A stretch of DNA of 64,000 bases, taken from Patescibacteria group bacterium (GTDB taxonomy: Bacteria > Patescibacteriota > Patescibacteriia > JAHIZJ01). The notes beneath the pieces are model-generated. The model had not been told where the DNA came from, ran no database searches, and saw nothing but the letters and a program-made list of their open reading frames with translations. A program made the translations under genes and the position numbers. The stretch is taken from NCBI GenBank assembly GCA_028714495.1, contig JAQTMH010000004.1, positions 128,232 to 192,231 on the forward strand. The letters are read 5' to 3'. Of this stretch, positions 18,508-28,019 are shown in pieces. Each line of letters starts with the position of its first letter. Position 1 is the first letter of the stretch.

Positions 18508-20131
18508 GCCAGCCGTGAACCAGAACGGTACACGGCCAGCCGTGAACCAGAACGGTACACGGCCAGTTGTCCTTATCATCATGGACGGCTGGGGAGTAGC
18601 TGCTCCATCGAAAGGCAATGCCGCGACCTTGGCGAACATGCCTTTTTTGGATTACCTTTTACAAAATTACCCGGCCATGGTGGTCGAGGCTGGCGGCATC
18701 AGCGCGGGTTTACCTTGGGGCGAAATGGGCAATTCGGAAGTCGGCCACATGACCATCGGCGCCGGTAAAATTGTCTATCAGAACATAACGAAAATATCAA
18801 AGGCGATTGAGAGCGGCGAGTTTTTCAAAAATAAAGCGTTTTTAACGGCGATTGAGCATGTTAAAAAGCACCATAGCCGCCTTCACCTGATGGGGCTTCT
18901 GGGCACGGGCGGCGTTCACGCCCACCAATTGCACCTTGAAAGTTTGATGCAATTAGCCCAGGACCAGGGCCTGGATAATGTCTACCTTCACCTTTTTTTA
19001 GACGGCCGGGATACGCCGCGAGAATCAGCAGTTAAATTTCTTGATTCGCTAAACGAACGGATTGAGGAAAATAAATTTGGGAAGATTGCCACGTTAAGCG
19101 GCCGCTTCTGGAGTATGGACCGGGATAATAAATGGCAGCGCACGGAAAAAAGTTACCGGATGCTGACCGAAGGCAAGGCTGATTATCAAAGCGCCGATCC
19201 CCGGCAGGCAATACTGGATTCATACCAGCGGGGGGTTTACGACGAGGAACTCGAACCCACCGTTATTTTGGAAAACGGCAAGCCGGTTGCCACAATTGGT
19301 GATTACGACGCGATAATCTTTCACAATTTCCGATCGGATCGGCCGAGACAGCTGACTCAGGCGTTTATTGAGGAAGATTTTCAGGGATTTAAGCGCGCCC
19401 GTAAGATCAAAAATCTGTTTTTTGTCACGATGACAGAATATCGAAAGGGCTTGCCCGCGGAAGTCGCCTTTCCTCGGGATTACGTTCGCGAGCCATTGGC
19501 CAAGGTCATCAGCGATAATAATTTGAAGCAGCTTCATGTGTCCGAAACGGAAAAATACGCCCACATCACTTTCTTTCTCAACGGCATGCAGGAAAAAAGC
19601 TTTGCCGGAGAGGATCGAGTCTTGCTGCCTTCACCACTGGTAGATTCTTACGCCAAGACGCCGGCCATGTCCGGGGAAAAAGTTACTCAGGCGGTTTTGG
19701 ACGGTTTAGCCACTCAAAAATACGCCTTTATCGTCATAAACTTTGCCAATCCGGACATGGTGGCTCACACCGGCAGTTTGCAGGCCACGGTCCAAGCCCT
19801 TGAGATTGACGATCCATTCATTGAAAAAATCGTAACAAAAACCCTGGAGCAAGATGGCACGGTAATTATTACCTCAGATCACGGTAATTGCGAGGAAGTG
19901 GTAAAATTACAGACTGGTCGGCCGGATAAGGAGCACAGCAACCGTTCAGTACCTTGTCTGATAATAAACAATCAGCTCAAGGGCAAAGAACCGCCAATCA
20001 TTCGGGATCAATTATTTACCCTGCGGAGCCGGGGTACTCTGGTGGATATCGCTCCGACAATCCTAGCGCTTTTAAATTTGCCCAAGCCCAGAGAAATGGC
20101 TGGAATTAATCTTTTGAAGTTTATCTCCTGA
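18497..20131 (+). CDS. gpmI: 2,3-bisphosphoglycerate-independent phosphoglycerate mutase
   Basis: LIIMDGWG, GEMGNSEVGH, LDGRDT, GRFWSMDRD, NFRSDR, ETEKYAH, NPDMVAH, TSDHGN. Confidence 0.97.
   Translation: MISKPAVNQNGTRPAVNQNGTRPVVLIIMDGWGVAAPSKGNAATLANMPFLDYLLQNYPAMVVEAGGISAGLPWGEMGNSEVGHMTIGAGKIVYQNITKISKAIESGEFFKNKAFLTAIEHVKKHHSRLHLMGLLGTGGVHAHQLHLESLMQLAQDQGLDNVYLHLFLDGRDTPRESAVKFLDSLNERIEENKFGKIATLSGRFWSMDRDNKWQRTEKSYRMLTEGKADYQSADPRQAILDSYQRGVYDEELEPTVILENGKPVATIGDYDAIIFHNFRSDRPRQLTQAFIEEDFQGFKRARKIKNLFFVTMTEYRKGLPAEVAFPRDYVREPLAKVISDNNLKQLHVSETEKYAHITFFLNGMQEKSFAGEDRVLLPSPLVDSYAKTPAMSGEKVTQAVLDGLATQKYAFIVINFANPDMVAHTGSLQATVQALEIDDPFIEKIVTKTLEQDGTVIITSDHGNCEEVVKLQTGRPDKEHSNRSVPCLIINNQLKGKEPPIIRDQLFTLRSRGTLVDIAPTILALLNLPKPREMAGINLLKFIS
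18508..18566 (+). repeat. In-frame 27-bp tandem repeat (two copies plus gccag) of a palindromic unit at the gpmI N-terminus
   Basis: (gccagccgtgaaccagaacggtacacg)x2 gccag, encoding PAVNQNGTR twice. Confidence 0.9.
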
Positions 20132-20160
20132 ACCCATAATAGATAATAATAAAGCCAGAC

Positions 20161-20637
20161 ATGAAAGGGAAGTCAGAGTTCAACTATACTAAAATCAGTA
20201 AATATATTTATCTCGGTACGACTTTTTATCATCCTGAAGACATGGAATCGATTGTCAGAGTGGGTATAAAAGCCGTGGTTGATTTAAATTTGGAGAAAAA
20301 GGATCGGCCGAAGAATCTTACGGCCTATTTATGGCTGCCGGCCCGGGATTATTCACCGCCGACCCTGGAGCAATTTTATCTTGGCGTTGATTTTATTGAT
20401 CAGCTGGTGCGCCGCCGGATAAAAACTTATGTTCATTGCAATGTTGGGTTTGGCCGCGCGCCCACCCTGATTGCCGCTTATTTAGTCGCAATAAAAGGTT
20501 ACAGCGTATCTGAGGCAATCATCCTGCTAAGCCATAAAAGACCAGGCGTCCATCCGAATATCCATCAGGTGGTGGGAATCAGAAGATTTATTCGACATTT
20601 CCGCAAGTCTAACTCTCGAGCAAAAGTACTTATTTGA
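20161..20637 (+). CDS. Dual-specificity protein phosphatase
   Basis: VHCNVGFGRA (HCx5R) catalytic loop. Confidence 0.9.
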   Translation: MKGKSEFNYTKISKYIYLGTTFYHPEDMESIVRVGIKAVVDLNLEKKDRPKNLTAYLWLPARDYSPPTLEQFYLGVDFIDQLVRRRIKTYVHCNVGFGRAPTLIAAYLVAIKGYSVSEAIILLSHKRPGVHPNIHQVVGIRRFIRHFRKSNSRAKVLI

Positions 20638-20755
20638 ATATTTCATCAAAGGCGATAGTATGAAAATATAAATCGGCCTGGTTTTTATTTGTCATATCAA
20701 ATCAGCTTTGATATACTACCGGACAATAGCTGATTTTTAAGCGCAAGAATACTAT

Positions 20756-21019
20756 ATGAAGAAGCCAATTGTTAAAAAAACAAAGAAAACCGTGGGTTCA
20801 ATCGAGCAAGAAGTTAAACAGGCGATTGACCAGGTTAAGCCCATAATCCAGGCTGACGGCGGTGACGTTGTTTTTGTCGGCGTGAAAGACGGAGTAGTCA
20901 AGGTAAAATTGACCGGAGCCTGCAGCCATTGCCCGATGTCAACCTACACGCTCAAGCTTTTCTTGGAGCAGAAGATAAAGGAAGCAGTCAAAGGCATTAA
21001 ATCAGTTGAGCAGGTTTAA
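20756..21019 (+). CDS. NifU C-terminal domain protein
   Basis: PIIQADGGDV...GACSHCPMS. Confidence 0.92.
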   Translation: MKKPIVKKTKKTVGSIEQEVKQAIDQVKPIIQADGGDVVFVGVKDGVVKVKLTGACSHCPMSTYTLKLFLEQKIKEAVKGIKSVEQV

Positions 21020-21077
21020 GATATTACTCCCTTTAACACGCAGCCGTCTTTTTTTATTTGGGCCAAATGAAGAAATT

Positions 21078-21172
21078 AAAAATTGATAATTCAAAATTCA
21101 AAATTATTGTTGCCCATCTCTCGACTCTGCTCGAGATGGGCTTCTTTCATTTTACATTTTGAATTTTAAATT
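21078..21172. repeat. Heptamer-repeat inverted element with central palindrome
   Basis: aattcaaaattcaaa...gcccatctctcgactctgctcgagatgggc...ttttacattttgaattttaaatt. Confidence 0.65.
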
Positions 21173-21227
21173 ATTTATACACTAATCTTGAATTGTTAAT
21201 TATTATTGTTTCTTATATAATGAACGC

Positions 21228-22664
21228 ATGTTAGATAATAAGCGTAAGTTATTTCGCTGGGGGCCGATACCCGGGCGACTCATCGCCATCGACGATTGGA
21301 GTCCGATTTCGCGCCTCTATCCCGGGCGCTTGCATCGGTATTATTGGCCCGACTCGCTGACGCTTTTTCAGCAGGGCGAAATGCTGTTTATTTCTGATCT
21401 CCATGAGTTAGAAGCGATGGGCGCCCGTGTCTTCCGAGGAATCATCATGAGTAGATCACTCCCACAATTTCAAAAGGCTTGGCAAAAGAGCGTCAACGAC
21501 GTATTTACGTATTGTTCCAGGGTCTCTGCGCCCTGGTTGCGATCATTGACCGATGAGCAATTGGATAGTGAATGGCATAATTTTCATAACACTCTGCGTC
21601 CCTTTTGGGAAGCAGCGGTTATTCCGGAGCTGGGCTCGTATGGCGGCGCGCCGATACTTCGGCGGGCGCTTCATCGACACGGCCTGCGCGACGAGTCGCT
21701 CCAAATTGCCAGCGCCATTTTATCAGCGCCGGAACGCCTGTCATTCTATCAGGAAGAGGAACGCGATTTTCTCAAACTCTATTCGATCAAGTCAAAAACC
21801 GCGTTAACGAGCGCGCTGCGGGAGCACTGGCGGCGATATTATTGGATCGAAAATTCATATGGCGCCATTCGAATCATGTCACTGAAAGATTTTCAGCGGC
21901 GGTTGCGTGAAAGAAAGGCTGACTGGAAAGATCGCCGGCGTGAAATTGACCGGCAAATACTGAAAATACGGAAAGAAAAAACCAGGCTCAACAAAAAATA
22001 TAAAATTCCAACACGCATCCGAAGTATTGCGCATGGCCTGAGTCTCTCGATCGGCTGGCAAGACGAAAGAAAAAAGCAAATTTTTCGATACCTGCACTTT
22101 CAAGAGTTATTTTTACACGAATATTCACGTCGCTCGGGCGTCTCAATGGCGCTTCTGTCAACGGCCATGGTTTCGGAAGTGTCCGTCCGGCCGCCACTGC
22201 GGCAAATACAGGAGTTGCGTAGGCGATCGCGTCAGGCATACGTCCTTGATCTAAGTTTGCGCCATTATTGCGTTATCGGCGGGCGGCCAGCGAGAAGGCT
22301 TGTAGCTACGTATTGGCCAGTGCTGCGGGTGAAAGGGAAACGAAGTTGTTCCGGCATCGTCGCGCATCCTGGTCCGGAACGAATCGTCGGGCGGGTGTTT
22401 ATTGTGCGCAATCATGACCAATTAAGAAAATTTCCGGCTGGCGCCATCCTTGTGAGTACGCAGACAGCCCCGGAATACGTAACCGCTATTCGAAAGGCAA
22501 AAGCGATTGTGACTGATGCCGGCGGTATTACCTCGCACGCGGCGATCGTGGCCAGAGAATACAATAAACCATGCGTGGTCGGCACGAAATACGCCACCAG
22601 CTTATTGCGCACCGGGGATCGGGTCGCCGTTGACGCCCGGAAGGGATTAGTGGTTAAGTTATAG
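21228..22664 (+). CDS. PEP-utilising enzyme swivelling phospho-His domain protein with large helical N-terminus
   Basis: GAILVSTQTAPEY...AIVTDAGGITSHAAIVAREYNKPCVVG...GDRVAVDARKG. Confidence 0.88.
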   Translation: MLDNKRKLFRWGPIPGRLIAIDDWSPISRLYPGRLHRYYWPDSLTLFQQGEMLFISDLHELEAMGARVFRGIIMSRSLPQFQKAWQKSVNDVFTYCSRVSAPWLRSLTDEQLDSEWHNFHNTLRPFWEAAVIPELGSYGGAPILRRALHRHGLRDESLQIASAILSAPERLSFYQEEERDFLKLYSIKSKTALTSALREHWRRYYWIENSYGAIRIMSLKDFQRRLRERKADWKDRRREIDRQILKIRKEKTRLNKKYKIPTRIRSIAHGLSLSIGWQDERKKQIFRYLHFQELFLHEYSRRSGVSMALLSTAMVSEVSVRPPLRQIQELRRRSRQAYVLDLSLRHYCVIGGRPARRLVATYWPVLRVKGKRSCSGIVAHPGPERIVGRVFIVRNHDQLRKFPAGAILVSTQTAPEYVTAIRKAKAIVTDAGGITSHAAIVAREYNKPCVVGTKYATSLLRTGDRVAVDARKGLVVKL

Positions 22665-22687
22665 GGATTACGATTAATAAATATATT

Positions 22688-23500
22688 ATGTCATTATTCC
22701 AAATCCTCGAGGACAAAGCCAAACAAAAACGACGCCGGATTGGAATTTCCATTTTGCGCTGGAATGAACCGATTCGCGCCAGCCTGGAAAAAGCCAAAGC
22801 GATTGCCGACATAATTGTCTATGGCGATCCGCAATTCGGTTTTGACGGCGTGAAAAACGACAATCAGGAAGAGGTTGGTCGTCAGATGGTTCGCGATTTT
22901 AAAGCTGGAAAACTTGATCAGTTCGTCCGGGGTCAAGTAGACGATTTCGGCACCGTGGACGAATATAAAAAACAATTCGGCGTTTTGCCCGAAATGAAGC
23001 GGCTTGGATTTGGGTTGATGCGTGATGCCCATAACCATGAATTTTGGATGATCTTGGTATCGAATCCCGAAGGCCAGACGCTGGAGGACAAAATACGCTA
23101 CATTGACGGGGCGACTAATTGGCTGACTGAAACATTTCCGGAATTTAAACCAAAGGTGGCGGTCATGGCCACTTGCCGGCCAGGCTCATACGGCCGTGAT
23201 CCTGTCATGTCAAGAAGCTATGACGAGGCCGAAGCAGTGGTGAAACATCTGACTGAAAAAGGGATTGAAGCCAAAAACGTCCACATCGAGATTGAAAATG
23301 CCGTAACCTGGGCCAATATTATCATGGCCTCGAACGGCACGATCGGCAATCAGATCTTCCGAGCTGTGATGTACCTCGGTGGCGGCAAGAATCTGGCCTG
23401 CCCGACGGTTTTCCCGGGCTATGGACAATATGAGGATGACAGCCGGAACGAGGAAGACTGGTATCCGCACATCGTGGCAGCCGCGGCGTATGTGAAGTAA
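22688..23500 (+). CDS. MtxX / methanogenesis marker 4-like protein (Pta/PlsX-related fold)
   Basis: LDQFVRG, PKVAVMATCRPGSYGR, SYDEAEAV, IEIENAV, NIIMASNGTIGNQIFRAV, EDDSR match the MtxX pattern as recalled. Confidence 0.68.
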   Translation: MSLFQILEDKAKQKRRRIGISILRWNEPIRASLEKAKAIADIIVYGDPQFGFDGVKNDNQEEVGRQMVRDFKAGKLDQFVRGQVDDFGTVDEYKKQFGVLPEMKRLGFGLMRDAHNHEFWMILVSNPEGQTLEDKIRYIDGATNWLTETFPEFKPKVAVMATCRPGSYGRDPVMSRSYDEAEAVVKHLTEKGIEAKNVHIEIENAVTWANIIMASNGTIGNQIFRAVMYLGGGKNLACPTVFPGYGQYEDDSRNEEDWYPHIVAAAAYVK

Positions 23501-23509
23501 ATCCTAGTA

Positions 23510-23535
23510 GTAAGCGACCCTTAAGGGTCGCTTGC
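23510..23535. repeat. Near-perfect palindrome / terminator-like hairpin
   Basis: gtaagcgacccttaagggtcgcttgc. Confidence 0.6.
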
Positions 23536-23644
23536 GGGATTTATTGCAGTGGCTTCGATATTGGACTTACTATAGTTATTTACTTTATAAACTCCCCAAA
23601 CCTCCGTGTTTGGGCTCGAATAATGTTTGTGGCGGCGCTACCTT

Positions 23645-23824
23645 TACCCGCCTCCGGTTACAGATTTTCAACCTTTTGCTTGATTCATTGTTATAACTTT
23701 CTATCACCAGCTGGGTTAATAAAGGGGGCCTACGGCGGGTTATTTGCCTATGGCTCCGCTTTCGTTTGGACTGAAAATATTGTTAAGGAGCTCTATGATT
23801 GTTGGTGTGAAGGCAAATAAAAAA
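23645..23824. repeat. Dispersed ~180-bp structured element, copy 1
   Basis: 23707-23824 matches 35995-36112 at 116/118; upstream tacccgcctc(c/t)ggtt shared at near-identical spacing. Confidence 0.9.
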
Positions 23825-23908
23825 CGAGGGCGGAACCTTGTACCGAGTCTGGTACAGGGTCCACCCTCTTGTATTGTTGAAGGTGCAGGCGAGGTTGGTC
23901 AACCTCGC

Positions 23909-25147
23909 TTACAGTTGCATGGCTAGCGCGAGCCAATAGGCCAGCATGAGCGGGAGGACGCGTTCGTCCGGATTGAACACGGGCGTATGATGTCCGTGCC
24001 CGTGGATAGCCTGTTCATCATCAGTGATGCCGCCGGCTCCGATCATCATGTAGTTGCTACGGATGCCGAAATCATGATCGAATCGGCCAAACGATTCTCC
24101 ACCCATGATTTGGGGGCAATCAGTCCAGACTCTGGGCGGAGTAATGACTGTGTTGCTTCTGGCCGCCCAGTTGAGAACGTCACGGGCGGCCTGAGTCGCG
24201 GTTAGGCTGATTGCCGGATCATTAAAGGTCGGGATATGGCCGGTGGGATGATCGATCGTGAGAACCGTGGTGGGGAAGACTTTCCTGAACAGATCAGCGA
24301 TCCTCGCGAGTTGACAGACTGCCTGTTCGTAGTTTTCCCTATCCACGGCGCGGAACGAAACCACGAACTCAAGCCAGGATGGCAGAATATTCGGCGCTTG
24401 GGTCGAAGCAGTTGGTACTGCTGGATGAACCAGGGCGCCTGGTATTGGGTTGAGAATCTCGGCTCGTAATTTGTCTACCCACCAGGAATAGGCGTCAGTG
24501 AGCGAGCCCTTCTGTCTCACTTCGATAGCGTGGCCGCCCTCGCATTCGAGCCGGATTGTAACCCGGTCTGAATGGGCGGTAATGTTGCCAACCCGAGTAG
24601 CAAATGTACCGGTAGGAAACACTCCGCCGAATTCGGGAGCGCTGGTGATTACATGGAGACCGTAGACGGCTGTCAGTCCATCAGCCCCTCTTGCCCGGAT
24701 CAGTTCAGGTTCTCCGCCTGGTGGTATCTCTTCCGCCTGGGTGAAAAGAAGTCTGATGTTTCGGGCGAGAAGATGTCTGTTGGCTGCCAGCACCGTGGCC
24801 GTGGCCAACAGCGCGCCAGTGTGAAAGTCGTGTCCGCAGGCATGCATGACTCCCGGATTCCTGGAAGCACACCGCAGTCCGGTTTTCTCCTGGATCTGCA
24901 GGGCATCCAAATCAGCCCGGAAGCCAATCATGGGTGTTCCAGGAAGGTCGGGGTTAACGATGTCGCAGACAATCCCGCCCTTCAGCTGTCGAGGGTTGAG
25001 TTGACAGCCGTCATTCAAGACGAGGGTTACATGCTCCATCGTCTCTTCTTCTTGCCAGCCCAGCTCGGCGTGCTTGTGGAACCATTGCTGGAGCTGTTTG
25101 GCTAGCTCAACGACTCTGAGATCAACGAGATCCAATACCTGACTCAT
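23909..25147 (-). CDS. M20D family amidohydrolase
   Basis: HKHAELGWQE, RADLDAL, MHACGHD, QAEE, GGESF, HHTPVFNPDE; start placed at ATG 25147 after an aggggg SD. Confidence 0.9.
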   Translation of the reverse strand: MSQVLDLVDLRVVELAKQLQQWFHKHAELGWQEEETMEHVTLVLNDGCQLNPRQLKGGIVCDIVNPDLPGTPMIGFRADLDALQIQEKTGLRCASRNPGVMHACGHDFHTGALLATATVLAANRHLLARNIRLLFTQAEEIPPGGEPELIRARGADGLTAVYGLHVITSAPEFGGVFPTGTFATRVGNITAHSDRVTIRLECEGGHAIEVRQKGSLTDAYSWWVDKLRAEILNPIPGALVHPAVPTASTQAPNILPSWLEFVVSFRAVDRENYEQAVCQLARIADLFRKVFPTTVLTIDHPTGHIPTFNDPAISLTATQAARDVLNWAARSNTVITPPRVWTDCPQIMGGESFGRFDHDFGIRSNYMMIGAGGITDDEQAIHGHGHHTPVFNPDERVLPLMLAYWLALAMQL

Positions 25148-25300
25148 GCCGTACCCCCTTTTTCTAGCACATTGTCGAAATAGCCTTCTGATAGTAGAAC
25201 TCGGAAGTATAAAGGGAAAATTGGTTTTTGTCAACACCTTTTGGGTTGAAAATAGGGATTTGTTTTTTTCCATAACTTGTGCTATAATAAACTCACCTTT

Positions 25301-26242
25301 ATGGAAAAAGTTACCCTCCCTTTTAGCCAAATAGGCAGAGAGTCGGTGAAAGAAGCCGGTGGGAAAGGGGCAAACCTTGGTGAATTGACAAAAGCCGGGA
25401 TACCAGTACCTCCAGGTTTCGTAGTATTAGCCTCGACATTCCAAAAATACCTTGAGATTTCAGACCTTGACGTGGAACTTGACTCCATCCTCGACGAACT
25501 GAAGATAAAAGACATCAGTTCGGTTGAGCGCGAATCGAGAAAGATGCGATCTTTGATTGATAAGGCTAAGGTGCCGGCTGAAATTCAAAAAGGAATCCAG
25601 GCGGCTTTTAAGCGATTGGGTGCAAAATTCGTCGCGGTTCGTTCTTCAGCCACGGCCGAAGATTCAAAGGTTGCCTCTTGGGCCGGCGAACTCGATACCC
25701 TCCTTTTTGTTACCCAGCCGGAATTGATTAACGCGGTCAGAAAATGCTGGTCATCGCTCTATACCCCGCGCGCTCTATTTTATCGCTTTGAGAAAAAGCT
25801 TCACCATAAAATGATCCGGGTGGCCGTGGTAGTCCAGAAGATGGTTAATTCAATGGTCTCGGGCATCGCCTTCACGACCCATCCGGTAACTCGCGATCCC
25901 AACCAAATGATTATCGAGGCGGGCTGGGGCCTGGGTGAGGCGATTGTCTCGGGTCAGATTACGCCCGACGCCTATGTTATTGATAAAGAAGATAATTCAT
26001 TCATTGACATAAACGTGAATAAGCAGGAGATGATGATTGTCCAAGCCCGGCCCAAAGGAACAAAGAAAGCGATCGTACCGCGCGCTAAGCAGGCCAAACA
26101 GAAATTGACCAATTCGCAGATTCAGACTCTGGTCGGAATTCTTCGCCGGATCGAAAAGTATTATGGCAGCCCCCAGGATATTGAATGGGCTTATGACGGG
26201 AAATTTTATATCGTTCAAACACGTCCGATAACGACTTTGTAA
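25301..26242 (+). CDS. Stand-alone PEP/pyruvate-binding ATP-grasp domain (PEP synthase N-terminal part)
   Basis: GGKGANLGEL, VAVRSSATAED, SWAGELDT, GLGEAIVSG, PQDIEWA, VQTRPITTL then stop; start at ATG 25301. Confidence 0.92.
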   Translation: MEKVTLPFSQIGRESVKEAGGKGANLGELTKAGIPVPPGFVVLASTFQKYLEISDLDVELDSILDELKIKDISSVERESRKMRSLIDKAKVPAEIQKGIQAAFKRLGAKFVAVRSSATAEDSKVASWAGELDTLLFVTQPELINAVRKCWSSLYTPRALFYRFEKKLHHKMIRVAVVVQKMVNSMVSGIAFTTHPVTRDPNQMIIEAGWGLGEAIVSGQITPDAYVIDKEDNSFIDINVNKQEMMIVQARPKGTKKAIVPRAKQAKQKLTNSQIQTLVGILRRIEKYYGSPQDIEWAYDGKFYIVQTRPITTL

Positions 26243-26252
26243 AAACGTTTAA

Positions 26253-28016
26253 ATGGATTCTTCCGTTTCAAATCAACCAACCTCCAATACTCAAATCAAT
26301 CAGAGGATTGAGACTGTTTTGCAGAGCCAATCGCCCAAAGAAGCCTTAAAGCTTCTTCGGCAAATCGGGGGCCAGGGGATGGGCGAGTTGGGAGTGAATA
26401 TCGAAGCTCAAAAGCAGCGTTTGAGAGTAGTCGCCTTGCCTCTATTACCCACTTCTGAATTTCTTTTGCTTTTCGAGGGCGATTTGCGGGCCACCTTCGA
26501 ATTTAATTTGACTGAACGTTTGAGGACGCGATTGGTGTCACTGCCGCTAGTCTCCCAAGACGAGTTTAAACGAACGATCCTGTCAACGCTTCAAAATAAC
26601 ACGAGCGAATTTGTTTCGGGAGATCAAAATACCGCCCAGAAATGGATTGAAAAGTTTTTAGCCAGCCACCAAAATCCCGATGCGTTTATCGCGGCGGCGC
26701 CAGAATTTAAGTCCCTGACCGTCGAGGATCAGCTCAGAGTTCAAAGGCTTTTGCAGGTAGTCCAGCACGCCCTGATATCAGTTACTACGCCAGAGGGATT
26801 GGAAGATGAAATGATGATTCGGGATGAAACTGGGACTTTCAAAGTTTTAAAAGCGGGCGAATTGGTTGAATTGGGTATTGAGCCACGGGAGAAACCGCCA
26901 GCCGCTCCGCCAATTTCAGCCGTTCCGGCGGCACCTTCACAAATAAAGGCCGAAGTCTCATCATCGCGGCCCATCGCTTCTGTTCCGCCGGCCCCCCTAG
27001 CTGTTAAACCAGTACAAAAAACCCCGGCTGATTTCTACTTTCACCCTGAAGATGAAAATGAAGTGCATGACCACCGTGCCCGTTTGGCAAAAATAGATCC
27101 GATTCCGGAGAGCAATTTTGACACAATTGTCGATCAGCTAGTTAGAGATTTTCATCTAGAATTTTCTGGCCAGCCAATCGCCGATCGGTTTAGGAATATT
27201 ATCAAATCTCGTCTCAATGATGTGCGGGATATAATTGAAACACAAAACATGCTTAGCCGGCCAATCGAGGTAGGCGGCGTGGGCCTTGAAGCCGGCTTGG
27301 CCATGAAGATACTCTCCAAAGTTGAGGAAGAATCTCTAAAGATCCATCAGGCGCATTTAGCCAGAGCCGAACCAACTCCTTTGATTGTCCCAGTGCCCAC
27401 CAAAGCCACACCTCTTCCGCCTGAACCGGGGGATGCGGTGCCGCCAGCCGTGACTGTGCCACCGGTTGTTGAGAAGGTTGTGATACCAAAGGCTCCCCCC
27501 GAGATTCAAAAAATTGAGCCAAAACCGGTTGAACCGACGCCCGAACCTAGGCCGGCCTTAGTTGTTCCGCCAATTCAAAAACCTAAAGAATCGCCCAGAC
27601 CGATTCCCCAAAGAATGAGTGGCACGCCGGTCATTAATAGGCCGATCGAATCAAGCCGTCCGACAGTTTCCGACATCCGGCGTCCGGTTAAAACAATCGG
27701 TCCGGTCCAAGAATTGGTCGAGCTGACTCTGAAGGATTATCGCCGCCTCGGTAAAACAATCGAAGAATCAAACGAGAAGATAATGGAAAAACTAGATTTG
27801 TTAGAGGAGGATTCTTATCTCAAAAGAGCCGAGGGGGTCAAGGCTTGGAAAAGCGGCGAGGTGAACCAACTTTACCTCTCGATCGGGCGTGAAAGCATGG
27901 AAAAAGATTTAGCCGTGATCGATGTGATTCGTAAACGCCGGGAGGACGGGTTGCCTTATCTCACGAAAGAAGAATTTGAAATGGTGGCCGATTTGAATAA
28001 GAAAATAAGTTTCTAA
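26253..28016 (+). CDS. Hypothetical Pro-rich protein heading the PrgI/VirB4 cluster
   Basis: Long ORF with Pro-rich linkers, tightly coupled to the next gene. Confidence 0.75.
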   Translation: MDSSVSNQPTSNTQINQRIETVLQSQSPKEALKLLRQIGGQGMGELGVNIEAQKQRLRVVALPLLPTSEFLLLFEGDLRATFEFNLTERLRTRLVSLPLVSQDEFKRTILSTLQNNTSEFVSGDQNTAQKWIEKFLASHQNPDAFIAAAPEFKSLTVEDQLRVQRLLQVVQHALISVTTPEGLEDEMMIRDETGTFKVLKAGELVELGIEPREKPPAAPPISAVPAAPSQIKAEVSSSRPIASVPPAPLAVKPVQKTPADFYFHPEDENEVHDHRARLAKIDPIPESNFDTIVDQLVRDFHLEFSGQPIADRFRNIIKSRLNDVRDIIETQNMLSRPIEVGGVGLEAGLAMKILSKVEEESLKIHQAHLARAEPTPLIVPVPTKATPLPPEPGDAVPPAVTVPPVVEKVVIPKAPPEIQKIEPKPVEPTPEPRPALVVPPIQKPKESPRPIPQRMSGTPVINRPIESSRPTVSDIRRPVKTIGPVQELVELTLKDYRRLGKTIEESNEKIMEKLDLLEEDSYLKRAEGVKAWKSGEVNQLYLSIGRESMEKDLAVIDVIRKRREDGLPYLTKEEFEMVADLNKKISF

Positions 28017-28019
28017 TTT

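Noticed and set aside
25148-25330. N-terminal extension of the amidohydrolase in the ORF track
   Set aside because: It overlaps the divergent gene and its promoter; a better SD and family-like start lie at ATG 25147.
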